A stretch of DNA of 64,000 nucleotides from Selaginella moellendorffii (Eukaryota; Plantae; Lycopodiophyta): positions 833,889 to 897,888 of the forward strand of contig NW_003314328.1 of assembly GCF_000143415.4 (NCBI RefSeq), written 5' to 3'. The position numbers and the translations under genes were made by a program. Position 1 is the first letter of the stretch. Each line of letters starts with the position of its first letter. Below the pieces are notes generated by a model. It did no database searches, was not told the origin of the DNA, and saw only the letters and a list, made by a program, of their open reading frames with translations. This document shows positions 12,985 through 27,096 of the stretch, in pieces.

Positions 12985-15900
12985 GTTCATTCCTCAAACA
13001 CTTTGTTTGGAGTTCCACTTTCGCGCTTGACTTTCCAAGTCAGAATTTTTGGTCCAAACATGTTGTTGAACTTCCCCTTTGACCACTACCATATAACACC
13101 CTTTTGGCTCCACTTTCGGGCTTAGGGAGGAAATGAGGAGTCCTACAAATAGTGGAGAGTTCTTGCGCAAATAAGATTATTTCTTTCAAGAGTATCATCA
13201 TCCTTATCGAACGATAAACCATTTTATGAAGTAACTCTATCATAGATCACCATTTTCATCCTTAACACCAAATTAATATTTATTAATGGTTTAACACTGA
13301 AGGCTCACCATGCCTTTCCCATCCTTTAAGGAGCATAGTCTTTCTAACTTAGAGACTCATTTGATCACATGAAGGGGTCTTTCCCCTTGATTCGTTTAGT
13401 TCTTGTTAAACTTGTTAGAGATACTTTTTCTTTCTCAATCTCACTATTTATTCCTAAGTAATCTCTACTTCTATCAATATAGCTATTACACTTTGGAACT
13501 TTAATTTTTACTTTTTAAGTCAATGTCTTGGGTGTCTCTGACACTTTGAATTACATAGGTTATGCAAATTCCACTTCCCCATTCTAGGAAGTTCTTTACT
13601 TGAAAGCACTATCATCCTCTCTAATACTTCGTGCTACTCTAGGCACTAAATTCCAAGCACTTCGTGCCACTCTACGCACTAAGTTCCAAGCACTAGATGG
13701 TTGGGACTCGAACCCAATGCATCTATAGACAATAATCACCTAGGATGCCTAGCGTGACTCCCTATGCCAGTGCACTGATTTATACCCAAAGTGCATATAT
13801 CTATAATTTGTGCTAGGGCTATCTATGGCCCTATCATTTAGCTATTTTGTTGCTCTATCTATTAGGGCTTTCACCTTTGCCAAATGGAATCCATTTTTGG
13901 AAATATTTTTTTTTTCCCACAATCCTTTAGCACTCACTATATGGGTGTTCCTCACTTAATTTGTCATTTGGATTCATTCTAATGATTTCCATGGCCAATT
14001 CTTGGCCACTAGTCTTTTGCTTCTATCTTTTGATATTTACACTAAGTAACATAAGATCACTACCTCCATCTTCAAGGTATCATTTTGGTTCCATAACAAA
14101 GTCTTTGCTTTGCTAAGTCTAGGGGGTGTTCACCCCTAGTAAGTTTATTTAACATTTTCTACTATGGGTTCTATCTACAGCTCAATTTTATGACTTTCTT
14201 ATGGGTCTTTCTTAAAGACTACTTTCTTGAACTCACTATACCATCCCATTGTTATATCTCATTCCTTAAAGTGTTCTTCCTATTTAGTCACTTTGACCAA
14301 GTCACACCATACCATTTGTTCAAATCACTACTTTGAACTAAGAACACTGTTCCTTAACCCACCAAGGAACTTGTCCTTGACTATAAGCTATGGATTCACC
14401 TAGTGATCCCATATAAATATCTTAATGGGTTTATTAATAAGCATTAAGTCTACTAAACCTTTAAGTTGTTGATCACGATAACTCTAGGGCATCCTTTGCT
14501 TGGCAGTGTGCCCAAGCCAGCCTCCTTACTGAGAGTCCATAACCACTAAAAAATGAGTGTCCTCATATTCTAAACCATCATCATGCCCTAGTGAGTTAGG
14601 ACTCGAACCCAAGCACTAGATGGTTGGGACTCGAACCCAATGCATCTATAGACAATAATCACCTAAGATGTCTAGCATGACTCCCTATGCCGGTGCACTA
14701 ATTTATACCCAAAGTGCATGTAAGCAACCAAAGAGAACAATTCAAAAGATGATCAATAGGGGTTCAAATATAAAAGCAAAGGGCCTATGAACAAAAATGC
14801 ACCCCTTTTTCTAATCTGTTAAAGGTCTTGAGATACTTGGAGTTAAGTATCCTTGGGTTTGAGTAGTACTAGGTTGAGTGACCTCCTGGGTTAATTGACA
14901 TCTGGCAGGTGTAGTGTGCTCCGGCTGTGTTTGACTCAAGAGGTAGAGTGTCAAGAAAGTGGGGCTCTTGGGAGAGTTACACCACATGTTAATTGGCATC
15001 TGGCAAGTCTAATGTGCTTCGGCTGGGCTCGACCTGAGGGGTAGGGTGTCAAGAGAGCAGGGCTCTTGAGAGAGTTGCACCCAAGGCTTGGGATTTAAAG
15101 GGTGCCATGATTAAGTTTTGTGGTGCAAAGGGATGTTAGGAACCTAGAAGTTTGGTGTGCTTGGTTACTTGTGCTTGCTAGGAGTGTAGTCAACCCTTAA
15201 ATTTAGTTTAACTTGGGGAGGGGGATTATGAAAGAATTTAGGAATCTGTGGATAGATGGCTAACACTATTTTACTCGTGCAATGAGTAGCTAAAGCCAAG
15301 TTGGACCAAGTAGGAGTTAGTACCATAGGTGGGAACCTTGGTAAGGGAACTTAACTAAAGCCAAGGTAGTGATGGTCAAATAGATAAAGCTGGCAAATTA
15401 GAAAGGAAAAATTTATAGTTTATAACATACTATAGATCACAACTTAGAAACCTAGTTCCTTTTAACTTCTAATTCCTTTTACTTGACAAGCTTGTAATCA
15501 TGTATGGACTCCTCTATGCTTATCCTCATGGGCCACCCTTTTTGAAGTCAACACCTTCAACTAAGACCTTTGTTCCTTCAATTTGCCAATCTCGTTTAAC
15601 AAGTCACCTGACCAGTATAACATGGTTCTATATATAAGCGTGAAAGTCCTCAAACATTGACTTTCATTCAAAGCCATCTCTTTGAACACTCGGGAGTTAG
15701 TTCCCAAACCTTAATTGCTTTGTCTCATGACAAACTTCAAAACCACACTTTTGCTATACTATTTTAATTTTGAGTGTTTCTATAAATTATTCACACTTGT
15801 CTTTCTACATACTAACCTACTTAAAATTATCTTTGAAAACCTTGAAGGGACTTTTGTCCCTTAGCTTGCTAAAATTTCTCCTTTCCCAAGTTTCATAATT

Positions 15901-16147
15901 GTTATACGGTCTAATATAAACAATTCCATATTTTAGACTCTCTATAACATTGTTTTTGGAAACCTTGAAGAGACTCTTGTCCCTTAGCTTGCTAAGGCTT
16001 TTCCTTTCCCAAGTTTCATAATTGTTATACGGTCTAATATAGGCAATTTCATATTTTAGACTTTCTATGACACCATGGTTGCTAGTAACAACACTTTCAA
16101 ACACCCATTTGATTCTCTATTCTCAACTTGCATAACCATCCTTAGCT
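12985..16147. mobile_element. Degenerate LTR-retrotransposon debris
   Basis: No intact ORFs and CpG-poor. 13683-13800 is duplicated at 14605-14718; ~98-bp tandem at 14891-15085; 15080-15420 resembles the gypsy LTR at 60410-60760; ~123-bp tandem at 15830-16070. Confidence 0.6.
14719..14890 (+). mobile_element. Truncated, more decayed Cassandra-type (5S-containing) LTR
   Basis: Starts TGTAAGCAACC, colinear with 29277-29445, and contains 5S-like GTTAAGTATCCTTGGG..AGTAGTACTAGGTTGAGTGACCTCCTGGG. Confidence 0.8.
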
Positions 16148-17198
16148 AGGGCGTGGACCATACTTAATCTCATGAGTTGAAGAGTTGAGCTCACGAGTTG
16201 AGCTTAATTTTCAATTGTAATTTAGTACAAACATTATAAACTTTAAAATTTTAAGGTTATGGCGAACCTAATTATTTCATAATTCTCTGTATATTATATA
16301 GATAAAAATGTTCTAAAGGACACTTCTTGTTCTAATATTTTAAATATTTACTATATGCAATGATAGGGACATTTGTTAGAACATAAAATAAAATGTTTTC
16401 AAAAAGAGTATTCTTGTAACTTCTTTAAATTTGTACTCTGTGCTTTCTGGCTAGTAAATGTCAAGTTTATCAGACTTAAAAAATTATTAAATTTGAAATA
16501 AGATTCTATATAAAGCCATATAATTGTTTGAAAGGGAAAAAAATTACCGTTAATGTAAGTTTATTGCATATAAAAAGGACTTGGTTCTTTTTAGAATGCA
16601 TTTTTGAGGGGTTTGTCATAGCATACTGTCTAGAATTTAGAAATCTTCATTCACACTCTCATTTGAAAAAAGGGAAATACACACAAATGTTTATAAGTTC
16701 TAGTGTTGGTAATTTTCATTCTCGCAATTTTTCTTCCCAGAGTTCAAGGGCTAAGAAATGCAATAACTATCCCATTGCACAGCATAATCAAACCACACAA
16801 GAGAATGAAAGAGAGGATAGTGAAGATAGTGATCATGAGTTAGAGATAAATGCAATGACAGAGGGTGCAACAAATTGGGTGAAAAAGAATGCCCTTTTAC
16901 TGATTAAGTGTAATTTTGCCACTTTCAAGAAATGCCCCATATGTTTTCTAGCGTCTGGTGGAAATAATAGCAATGATCAATATGATAGTATATATACTCT
17001 CGAATGACTACCATGAAATCTTTTTTGAGATGGTAAAAACAGAAATGGAGACACACGAGTACTATAGGTAGTATTACAAAAAGAACACTCGAAAGCATAT
17101 AAAATGAAAAGTGAAATGAAAAAGCACATTTTTATTAATTATATAAAGTATAATAAGTTTTATTGATAGAGAATAAATATCAATAGTGTTGGAGAAAT

Positions 17199-20100
17199 CT
17201 AGTTAGCTCCAAAAGTTTTCTGCAACTCAGCAATAGTAAGGCTTGCTTGGTGTATATAAATATCCACTTTAGGATCCTGGTGCAAGATGTTAATGAAGAT
17301 ATAGTACATATGCTTGCAAGGAGCATATGCCTTCCCATGTTCCTCGCGCTTCATAAAGTCTGGACATGTGCAAGAAAGAAAGTCGTGAATGGCAATTGTG
17401 TACTCTCCACCTTCTGTTTTGACTATGTACTCCTTTGCAAACGTAGTGATGTACTTCATGGAGAGAATCTCACACTTAAGTGTTTGAGCCAAGTTTATTT
17501 TACCTTGCTTCTACTTGGAGACGGTACCAATAAATTTAACTATCTTACCTTTTCGTGCTAGCCTCCTATGCATTTTTGTAGGAATAGTCCTGGTTCTGTC
17601 ACTCATATCTCAAACTCTCTTCTCAAGATTGAAACCAAATTTCTCAAGGTTTTCAATCTCCTCTAAGGTGAGCACGACCCCATTAGCAACCAGCCATTCA
17701 TTAGGTATTGCATCAGGTTTAGTCACTATAGTGTCTTCAAGCCGCTTCATATAGTTGGCGTCGGTGTTGCAACAATATAGCTAGCACCATCTCGAAAATC
17801 TTGCTTGCTTTCATTCCCCATAGAAACATGGGGCTGGAATAGAAGCAAATTTCTCACCATGAATCCAGGCCCAACACTTGCCCCTCGGAAGCATCCCCAC
17901 ACACCTTACATTCAATTTTGCTGGCACGCATCAGATTACCCATTGCTTCGGCTCCACACTACGGTAAGCAATTTCAACCTATTGCGATGCACTCTCTTCA
18001 TTAGCCACTTGAGGTGGCTCAGTCCAAGAGCGGTGTCTTGGAGCAGAATGGTACTCGACATTAGGCCTGTGAGAGCTTTTCGCTCCAAGGTCCATACCAA
18101 CATCTTCCCCAGCAAAGGAAAAACGATGCTTTGAGCGGACAGTCTTCATATCACCAATAGAAGCTCAGGGAGTGTACTCCATAGATGTGTCACGGACCAC
18201 TTCCTCAACTACAGTTGCCACTGTTCGGGTGGGTGGAGTTAATTTTCTCTTCATCCTATCATGTAACATCTCAACAAAAGGCCCTGTTCCCATGTATCTT
18301 CCTTCCTCGAATGCCAGTGCTTTTGAAGATTGCTCTATAGCACGTATCAAATTTGATAGACAGGCTTCGTATAGACTCATCTTCCCTTTCCCTGCCTCAG
18401 AGGAACCCCAACTCCAGTGCTTACTTTCAAAGAGATTCACAGTTGGGATGTATGCGAGGTCCTCAAGTGGTTGATCCTAATGGGAAATGCAATATTAAAA
18501 GGTAATAAAAGGAGAAGAAAAAATAGAAACCAACCTGAAAAGAGTGATGTCCCCACTGGAATATCAACTTCCCACCACCCTAAACATGACTCAAGTTGTG
18601 GTAGGCAACTTACATCTGTATGGCCATCTTCATGCCACCATATTTAGATCTCGTTTGTTTTTGCCTCATGCTCTTCTTTAGAAGGTGCAACCTGCCATTG
18701 TTTGCACAACTCCTTAAATATTGATTAAAACTCTAGCTTGATAAGATGGTAGTGTTGGTTTAGGCTTTGAGCCCAATGGAACTCACAAGTCTTCTCACGA
18801 CCTTCCAATGGCTGACCATTCCCAAAAACTGCTCAGACACCATTCTAGTTTGCACCAGCCCCATTTGCCATAAAACCGCGAAAGTTTGTAGGCTTACTAG
18901 TCCGCTTTAGGACAATATTGAAGAGGGACTTCCAAAATATTTCCTGTGTTTTCTGGTCTTGTATTTTAAACTCTGCTGTCGCAATTGTTAAGTTACAACG
19001 TAGCCTATGAAAACATAAATATTACAACAATTTCAATATAATAAGAATAAAAATTACCTTGGATCATACACATGAGCTCCCATGGTTGTCCAACTCAATA
19101 TGCACTCCATATGATCAAAATGTACCCATGCATTTGCAAGGTCACTGGACCCAAACATGTCCATTTGGGAGACAAGATCTACACTAGAGGTAGGGCCCAT
19201 GGTAGACATTTTGAAGATGAAGAGGCGCTCTTGCTTATTCACAACTTGGTCTGGAAATAAACTTCCGTGGATAAACTCGTATGGACAAGTCCGTTTCAAT
19301 TCAAGGATGGAGTCAATTTTTGATTGCAACTTCCCCTCTCGAGATTTACACATCCAAGATTTTATCCTAAACAATATAATGTAAGAAAAAATTATTATTA
19401 TAACATATGAAATATAACAGATGTACCTCCTTAGGCTAGTAGCAGGTTGTACTCCTCGTAATAAGTCCCACAAGCTAGCCTCGTTTAGTTGAGTCTTTTG
19501 GCAACTTGGATTGAGTAAAGTGTTTGTGATAAAATCCTTGAGGATGGTCTTCTGAATATGCTTTGGAGTTGCAGATGAGTTTCTCATAGTCTCTTGCTAC
19601 ATAGCATCTTTGAAATGGTTGAGAGAAATCCTTTGTATCCCTTCCTACATTGGATGCATGTGTGTGTCAACATGCACTGCAGCTCTTCCAGCCATTCCAT
19701 CCCGTAGAAGAATGTAGTACATCTTGGCCTCGCAGATAGCACGACATAGAGGAGCATTTTTGCAGAATTGACACTTGAATCCAACAGTAATGGTGTCACA
19801 GGCAGGAGGATTGACTGCAGACCCTTCAAAAAATATAGAGTTTTTACAGCGGTCTCGATTGCATGCTTCATCCATACAATCTAAATGCCCACCACAATGA
19901 ACTATAGACACTGTGCCTTCAAAATGTTGGAAGTGTGTGGTCTTGATCTTGCACCAATTGTGGACATCCTGCTTGGTTTCCATCCCCTTCCGTTTGGAAC
20001 CTGTGCTACTGACAAGAGGTGGTAGCTCGAAGAAAATGTTGCCGTTGTAGGAGGATGGAAGCTCACTAACAAGCCTATACAAAAACAAGTGCACGTCGAT

Positions 20101-20420
20101 TGAGAGGCGTGAAAACTGGAAAGCATTGCTAACGGCTTTGAATATTGTTGAAGTTGGAGCTGGAGCTAGAGCTGGTGAATTTGGCGCCGACACTAGCATG
20201 ACTTCTCCACTTGAACTAGAAGAGGACGAGAGGATAACGACTGACTCTTGCTTCACATTCACTTTGGCTGGAGCGCGGCATTTTGACTGGAGATCCAAAC
20301 ACTCGAATCTCCTTCGACTTGGAATTCTGTAAATCCCATTGTTGTCCACCCTCGCCCACACTAGAAAGAAGAAACTCCGAGTATGCAACTAAATCAGTGT
20401 CGTTGCGAATCACAACCTCT
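17199..20420 (-). pseudogene. MULE-like DDE transposase with C-terminal SWIM zinc finger; spliced, with several stops and frameshifts
   Basis: Cys/His-rich N-terminus (19645-20388); WVHFDH..AHVYDP (19054-19140); FRGFMANGAGAN..VFG..TCEFHW CxxH motif (~18775-18890); NLFESKH (~18440); SWIM SCTCPDF..PCKHMYYIF (17199-17492). Confidence 0.78.
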
Positions 20421-21419
20421 AAAAAAATAGAGCCAAGATGAAGATCAAAACGCCGACATAAAAAACTTTCAGAAACAATATTCTGAGAGAATGAAAGAGG
20501 TGGGTGATCTCAAAAGTGAAAAAGAAACCTGTCCATCCTTCTCAATAGGTTTTGGAGTTCTCTCTCTTTATGCTACTTGTAAAATTCCATAGTGAAACAT
20601 AATTGAAATTTAAATAGAGTAATAAGAAGACAGCGTACAAAATGAATTTAAATTCTATAGCAAATTTAACATGTTCAAGTGTGACAGTATTAATATTACT
20701 GTCATCTATTATGATGTTTGATGCATGTATACACATAGATCCAAGGAAGGATTTTCAGCACGTGAAGTTTAATAGTTAAAATGATACCAGTAATGACATT
20801 TTGCTATAGCGTGTCAAAAAAAGAGATCCAATTTGACTGTCAGTACGTGTGATATGTCAAGTTGTCAAATTTTAAGTGGTAGATGATAATAAATCTTGAT
20901 AATAAATCTTGTCAAATCTTATTCTTCACTGACAGATTTGATTCATAGTACAACTCAAGTTTTATCCATAATTGTGAAAACTGCTCAATAACATTTAAAG
21001 CATGTGCCTATTGTTTAGGATCTAATACAACACAAAATAAATTTCTGGATGAGGATTCATCCATTCATAGATGGATATAGTACAACATATTTTAATGTGT
21101 CTTATTTATACTCTTTAAAGTTCTTGTAACAATTCCAAAATATATACAAAATATTGATGAGAATGCATCCTTTCTAGATAATTTATAAAATATAATATCA
21201 TATCTCTAATAACAGAAATGTTGATAGGTGCTAGTTATATCATCATTAAAATATACAAAATAAAGAAGCATAATTTACATATAATAATAATGATAAGATA
21301 AAATAATATCAAAGATATTGTGATGGTTGAGATTTAGGTTATTTGGAATGAACGGCCAGGATGAGAGATTGGTTAGGGTTAGGGCAGCCAGATTAGGTTA
21401 CTGTTTGCACTGTGAGTGG

Positions 21420-21565
21420 AGCGCGCGAGAGATCAAGAGATTGAGCACGAAGGAGATCGAGGGATTGAGCACAAAGGAGATCGAGGGATTGAGCGCGAAG
21501 GAGATCGAGCGATTGAGCGTGCAAGAGATGGAGAGATTGAGCATGCGAACGGGAGAGATTGAGTG
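21420..21565 (+). repeat. 24-bp tandem repeat (GAGCACGAAGGAGATCGAGGGATT-like, ~6 copies) just upstream of the ParB-MTase gene
   Basis: Directly visible; it produces the STKEIEGL periodicity of the ORF at 21327-21584. Confidence 0.85.
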
Positions 21566-21685
21566 CTCAAGAAATCTAGCATGATCAAGAAATCGGGAAG
21601 GAAAGATGCCACCAAGGGTGAGTTTCAGTTTGATTGCTTCCACTTTCTTTTTTTTTCTCTTGCTTCTTTCTTGATTGCTTCTTTA

Positions 21686-22047
21686 GGGCCGGCCACCTCG
21701 GGCAGTTTTGCCTGCCGAGGGGCCGAGGTTATTCAAATTAACCTCGGCCCCTCGGCGAGCAAAACTACCCAAGGTCTAGCACGGGCCCGCCACCTCGGGC
21801 AGTTTTGCTGGCCGAGGGGCTGAGGTTATTCAAATAACCTCGGCCCCTCGGCGAGCAAAACTGCCCGAGGTCCAGCGCGGGCCGGCCACCTCGAGTAGTT
21901 TTGCCGGCCGAGGGGTTGAGGTTATTTGAATAACCTTGGCCCCTCGGGTGGCCAAACTGCCCGAGGTCGAGCTCCAGCCGGCCACCTCGGGCACTTTGGC
22001 TGCCCAATAACCTCAGCCCCCTGGGCAACCAAAGTGCCCGAGGTGGA
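21686..22047. repeat. Tandem array of ~95-bp units, each a ~78-bp near-perfect hairpin (3 full and 1 internally deleted), in intron 1 of the ParB-MTase gene
   Basis: Unit ACCTCGGGCAGTTTTGCYNGCCGAGGGGCCGAGGTTATTCAAATAACCTCGGCCCCTCGGCGAGCAAAACTGCCCGAGGT, built from CCTCGG/CCGAGG hexamers. Confidence 0.92.
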
Positions 22048-25000
22048 GTCTAGGCCCACTTGATTTTTTTTCTCTTTGACTGTTTGAATTTCTTATTATC
22101 TTCATTTATTTTGACTAACAAATTTTTTTCTCTTGCAGAAAAGGAAAATTGTAACACATAAAAAGGTTGTTGGAGCCAAGAAGACATGAGAAGTTCAATT
22201 CGGTACTGATGACGACATCACGATCAACATATCCATTGGCACAACAGAGACACATTTACTTAGAGATTCACCGCCTCCACCACCATCACCTCCGCCATCA
22301 CCACCTCCACCACTGCCATCGCCACCTCCACCACCTCCATCACCACCTCCACCACCGCCATCGCCACCGCCACCACCACCATTGCCACCACCACTGCCAC
22401 TATTGCCTCTGCCACCACCGCCACCGCCACCACCACCATTGCCACCTCCAACTTTACTCCTCACTAGCCCACCACCAACACAAATCCCTGAAATTAGGCA
22501 ATCTAGTGGTGTTCAGGATAGGGAACCTGAGGAACAGCCTGGAGCTGAAAGAGTTGCAGACCTTCCTGACAACATGGTGGACAAGCGCTTCCAAGAGACT
22601 GTTATGCAGACAAGGGAAAAAGCAGTTCACCAAACACTTGAGGCACTCAAGTGGCCAAGCCCTTGTGACTTGATCAAAGAAATCCCACTTTGCCATTTGC
22701 AGCAGACGAACCTTGTCCGCACAGCATCCAAGTATGTCAACCCGGATATATACAGCTTGTTCAAACAAAATGGCCTTGCAACAAACATCAGTATGTTTTT
22801 AGTCTCTTTTTGCAAGCCAGGAACAACGGAGATCATTACCGTCACACCCGAGATTGTGAATAGCTGGGATCCTATTTGGAGGAGGAAGTCCCTAGAATTT
22901 GATGACATGCTTATCAAACATCCTGAGACTCGACAGCTTATGGGGACAATGTTCCAAATTATTGACGGTAACCACCGATATGGAGCTTGGATGAACTATA
23001 TCGATGATCATTTTTGCGATGATCTCGTCTACCATATCAACGTTCCAGTCGGCCATGTCTATGCGAGGGGACCTTTGGATGTCAACAGACTTATCTTGGC
23101 CTGCCAAAAGATCAATGCGTAAGTTTTATAGTTTACCTCTAACTCCACTTTAACTTGTTTTGTTGTGTTTAAATGCAAGCTTGGGCAATTCGCTATTCAA
23201 AAACAAAACCTTGTCCATAACATCGAGCAACTTCGATTTTTGGCAGACTTGAGTGAGGATGACATCTGCCAACATTATGGTGATGATCTCGCAACACTTG
23301 TTCGACACTCACGCACTCGAAATGACAGTACAACTTGGTTCAACAACCCAATCAGTTTTATGCTCGTTGTGTGGTGTAAGGTATGTCTTTCCCTTTTATT
23401 TTATAAAAGCTTCTTTTAATTGTTTTGGTTTTTAGCCTTTGGTGAAGGTCAAGCAAGATGCTTACGAACTTGCATATTCAGAGAAGAGTCGGGAAGAGTT
23501 CTCAGCTGAGTTCATTCAAATTGAGCACAAAATTTGGCATGCAAAGTCCTCGAAATTGAAGAAACTAGTATGCATAGCAGACAATCATAGACCGAAGAAG
23601 TGGCTAGAGACTATAGCCGAAATTTCTTCTCATGAATGTAAGTTTCTTATCTCACTTCATTTTTCTCAATTATGCACATGTTACTTTTGTAGTGAACAAA
23701 ACTCCAGATGACATGATTTACAATATCGCAAAATCGAAGCTTCTATATAAGCAATAGATAGAGACTCTAGAGTTCCTCAATGTCTTCTTGATGAACAAAG
23801 AGAAAGGACTACCAGAACTATTTGAGAACATGATGAGAAGGGCTATCTACATCACACAAACTATAAGTGAAGGTGAGAAGTTCTTGGCACCACACATTGG
23901 TGACAATCCAAATGGCACATTCATGTCTTTCGACATCTACATCAACACGTCATTGGAAGGGATCGAAGAGGGGTGGCTACCAGAAAAGTCTACAAGCACA
24001 ACAATTTATGATTGCCAACATGGTCAACCTTATTTTATGCGACGTGCAGCTTACAGGTATAATATGATTTCTAAGACTGTTTTTTAATATATATTGTTTA
24101 CAGGTATCTTCGATATAGAGGCATGCCATTTGAGACACCAGTTTGCACTCGACTTGTTGCAAAGGGTGTAAGGGATGAAAGAATGTACCCAACAATGTTT
24201 ACGAGAGTTTCAAAGGCATGGAAGACAAAATGCCCTTGGGAGTTGGAGCTCCTAGGGAAGGAGACCTCTACACTAGATCACGAGGAAGTTGTCAATGCTA
24301 GCAACGATGGCAATGCAAGTGACGATGGAGACGAGGATGAGGAAGCTCCAGATCAAGTTCGTGTTCCACCACCAGACAACCAGGATTATGCTCCAGTTCA
24401 ACCATCAAACAACCAAGATCCAGATCAGGTTCTACTAGTAAATAACGATGATCAAGTGGTTCACAGAATATCACGTCGACCTCGAGGTAAGAAAAAGTGA
24501 ATTTTACAAACATAAGGTGGTAATACATGTTTTTTGCAGCAATGACTGTTGGTAGTAATTTCATTCCAGCTCGACAAGATGCTTGTGAAGAGGAGTTGGA
24601 GGAACTCTTATTGACAATACGCCATATGACGGTAGCATACTATTTATTGTTTTTTTCATTCACTTAGCTCTTTTATAGGTCCGTCCTGTGTCCTCAATAA
24701 CACAACGAGGCATTGTGGGTATCTTCATTGGCTCTTACAGTAGATTGTTGACATCTTTCATAGAAGACGACATCAACATGGATATACAACACCAGTTCAA
24801 CCGTTGGTGTCGAAAGATACAAAGGCCCTTGCTCCCAATTGCGGACTTCATTCTCTTCGACTTTCCAGATGGTCTTTCACATATCAATGGGAAAATTGAG
24901 GATTGGAACTTTCTCACACCTGACCACATACGCAATGCATTCCTATTGTCCGAAGCACTTATGCTCGAAGCTGGCCATGTCGTCTTCATCCTAGCGAATG

Positions 25001-25459
25001 ACCCCAACTGTATGTATGAGCTTATGACATGCGCAGCAGAAGTTCATTTCAAGTCATTCTCTTCTGGGTGCATCATGGATCCTATTGGCGTTGATATGAG
25101 GGGTGTCCAAGGGAAGCCTGAAAAGGTGAGTACATAGGAGCCATTTGCACTTGCGCTTTATAGAAAAATATTTTAAAATGTGTATTTTAATTTTTGTGAC
25201 TGTTGCATTCGCACTTCAGTAGTTTTTAGGTTGTTTTAAGCTTTAAGTATGCATTTTAAAACACTTTCATTCCCACCTGCATAAGTTTTTGTGGTAAAAA
25301 TTTAATGTAAAACACTAGTAACTTCGCACTTGACTTACTTTAAAATGTCTTCAAAATAGCATTCGAACATGTTTTAAAATATTTTAAAATTTCAAATTCA
25401 AATCAAATTCAAAATGCTAACCCTAAATTTCAATTTCAAATTTCAAATTTCAAATATTA

Positions 25460-26990
25460 AACTTTAACATAGCAATCACGCAGTTCTACGACACCGCAAA
25501 CATAAGAAGCCGGTTAGGTTCTCTCAGACCTCCTATGCATCCTCCGGCCCATGCAAGTTTTCCTGTGGTTCTCCCTCAGCCACAATAGGATCCCCGTAAT
25601 CTTCAAAAATCTCTACTTCTTTCAAGGCTTGAATGTGTTTCTCCCATGCTTTGATCTCAGCATTGATGTTTGTCTCACCAACATCAATCAAGAAGTTGTG
25701 CAAGATGCAACAACTTTTGATGATGTTCGGCAGGTACTTCGGCTTGATCCTTTGTTTTTGATCCAAGCATTTGAATTTCATTTTCAGGAGTCCAAATGCT
25801 TGTTTAATAACAATCCGGGCCAGATGGTGTTGCTGGTTGTACTCCGCCTTAGTCACCGTCAACCGGGAACCTGTTTCAAATGAATAATTGAAAAAAAAAA
25901 AAAAACAATCAGCTTACCCAAGTGAGGGATCATCAAGTGCTGCTGCAGCTGGTAGCCTTTGTCTCCCACCAGGTATGGCTCAATCCACTCGTCAAAAGCA
26001 AACTCTCGAGGAACTGTGAGTAATTCCCTCGCTTGGATCTTGTGGCATAGCCTGGAGTTCCGAAAAACCCTCATGTCATGAACACTCCCTGGAAAAAAAA
26101 AAAAAACAATTAGATGTATAGAAGAAAAAAAAAGAAGTAATTACCTGGCCAGCCTGCATAGATACTCAAGAACCTTTTCTGAGCGTCACAAACCCCCTGC
26201 AAGATCACCGAGTACCGTTGCTTTCAATCAAAGTAGCCCTCACCATCCGGACCAACTGGTCGAATAATCTCAAAATGTGTACAGTCGATCGCCCCAGCCA
26301 CATTAGGGAGACGAGTCTTGGTGATTTGCTGAAAATCTGCTGCCATAGCTCTAACCTCCGCTGCTGTCTCTGGGAATCGAATCTTGTACCTGAGGCACTT
26401 GACGATTGCAGCAGTTGTCTACACCACAATGTCATGTGCAATGGCTTCCCCGATCCCAAACTTGTCAGACAGGTCGGAGTAGTCGGTGTTCTTGAACAAC
26501 TTGTACAAGGTGACCCCCAAACGAACATCCACTGGCACTACTCTCCTAAACTTTGTATCTTGCTTGTAAATTTCAGCCTCCAGAATGCCACAAAGCTTGA
26601 AGAACATCTTCTTCTCCATCCTTAGCTTCCGCTTCCATCGACCAAGGTCATACAACTCCATGAAGAACTTGCTCCATGTTGTCATACACCGCGGCTTCAC
26701 CCACCAGAGACCGGCGTCAAGTCGCTTGGACAAGACTGCTCGACAAAGCTTGTCTTCGTCCTCCTCCTCGTCCGGAAGAGTTTGTGCCACTGGGGTCTTG
26801 TCATCGATAATGGATTGAAAAGCCTCCACAGCGAGAAACAAAACTTGCAAAATAAGCAAGATTACCTTGTTCCTCAATAAGGCATCGATGACTGCTGCTT
26901 GATTGTTGAAAGAACCACGTTCCTCCTGAGCATCTCTTTGGTTTTCCCTGGAACCATCTTCTGTTTCCTCGGGTTGAACTATTGCAAGAT
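25460..26990 (-). pseudogene. Harbinger DDE nuclease (HARBI1/DDE_Tnp_4-like), spliced and frameshifted
   Basis: LRMEKKMFFKLC..L, VRLGVTLYKL, GAIDCTHF, HDMRVF, LVGDKGY, ARIVIKQAFGLLKMKF (catalytic E appears as K), CCILHNF. Confidence 0.88.
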
Positions 26991-27096
26991 CCTGAAAAAA
27001 AAAAATGGTTAGAAAAATCTAAAATATCATAGCCTAAACATAGTTTAGTTTAATATTAATAATTAACGTCCCCCTAAAATCCCGAAAACAAGACGG

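Noticed and set aside
13700-14640. tRNA/B-box-like GGGTTCGAGTCCC motifs (13703, 14597, 14626; also 38326)
   Set aside because: No cloverleaf or A-box can be built; they lie in retrotransposon UTR-like repeats.
16528-17007. 159-aa ORF with CPIC near the MULE left end
   Set aside because: Non-ATG start, AT-rich and no recognisable domain; not supportable as a gene.
21686-22047. CRISPR-like appearance of spaced palindromic repeats (also the 22-bp Sola palindromes)
   Set aside because: No unique regular-length spacers, no cas genes, and a eukaryotic intron-containing context.
22167-22673. His-rich, Gly-rich and Val-rich ORFs
   Set aside because: Alternative frames of the (CCA)n poly-proline tract in exon 2 of the ParB-MTase gene.
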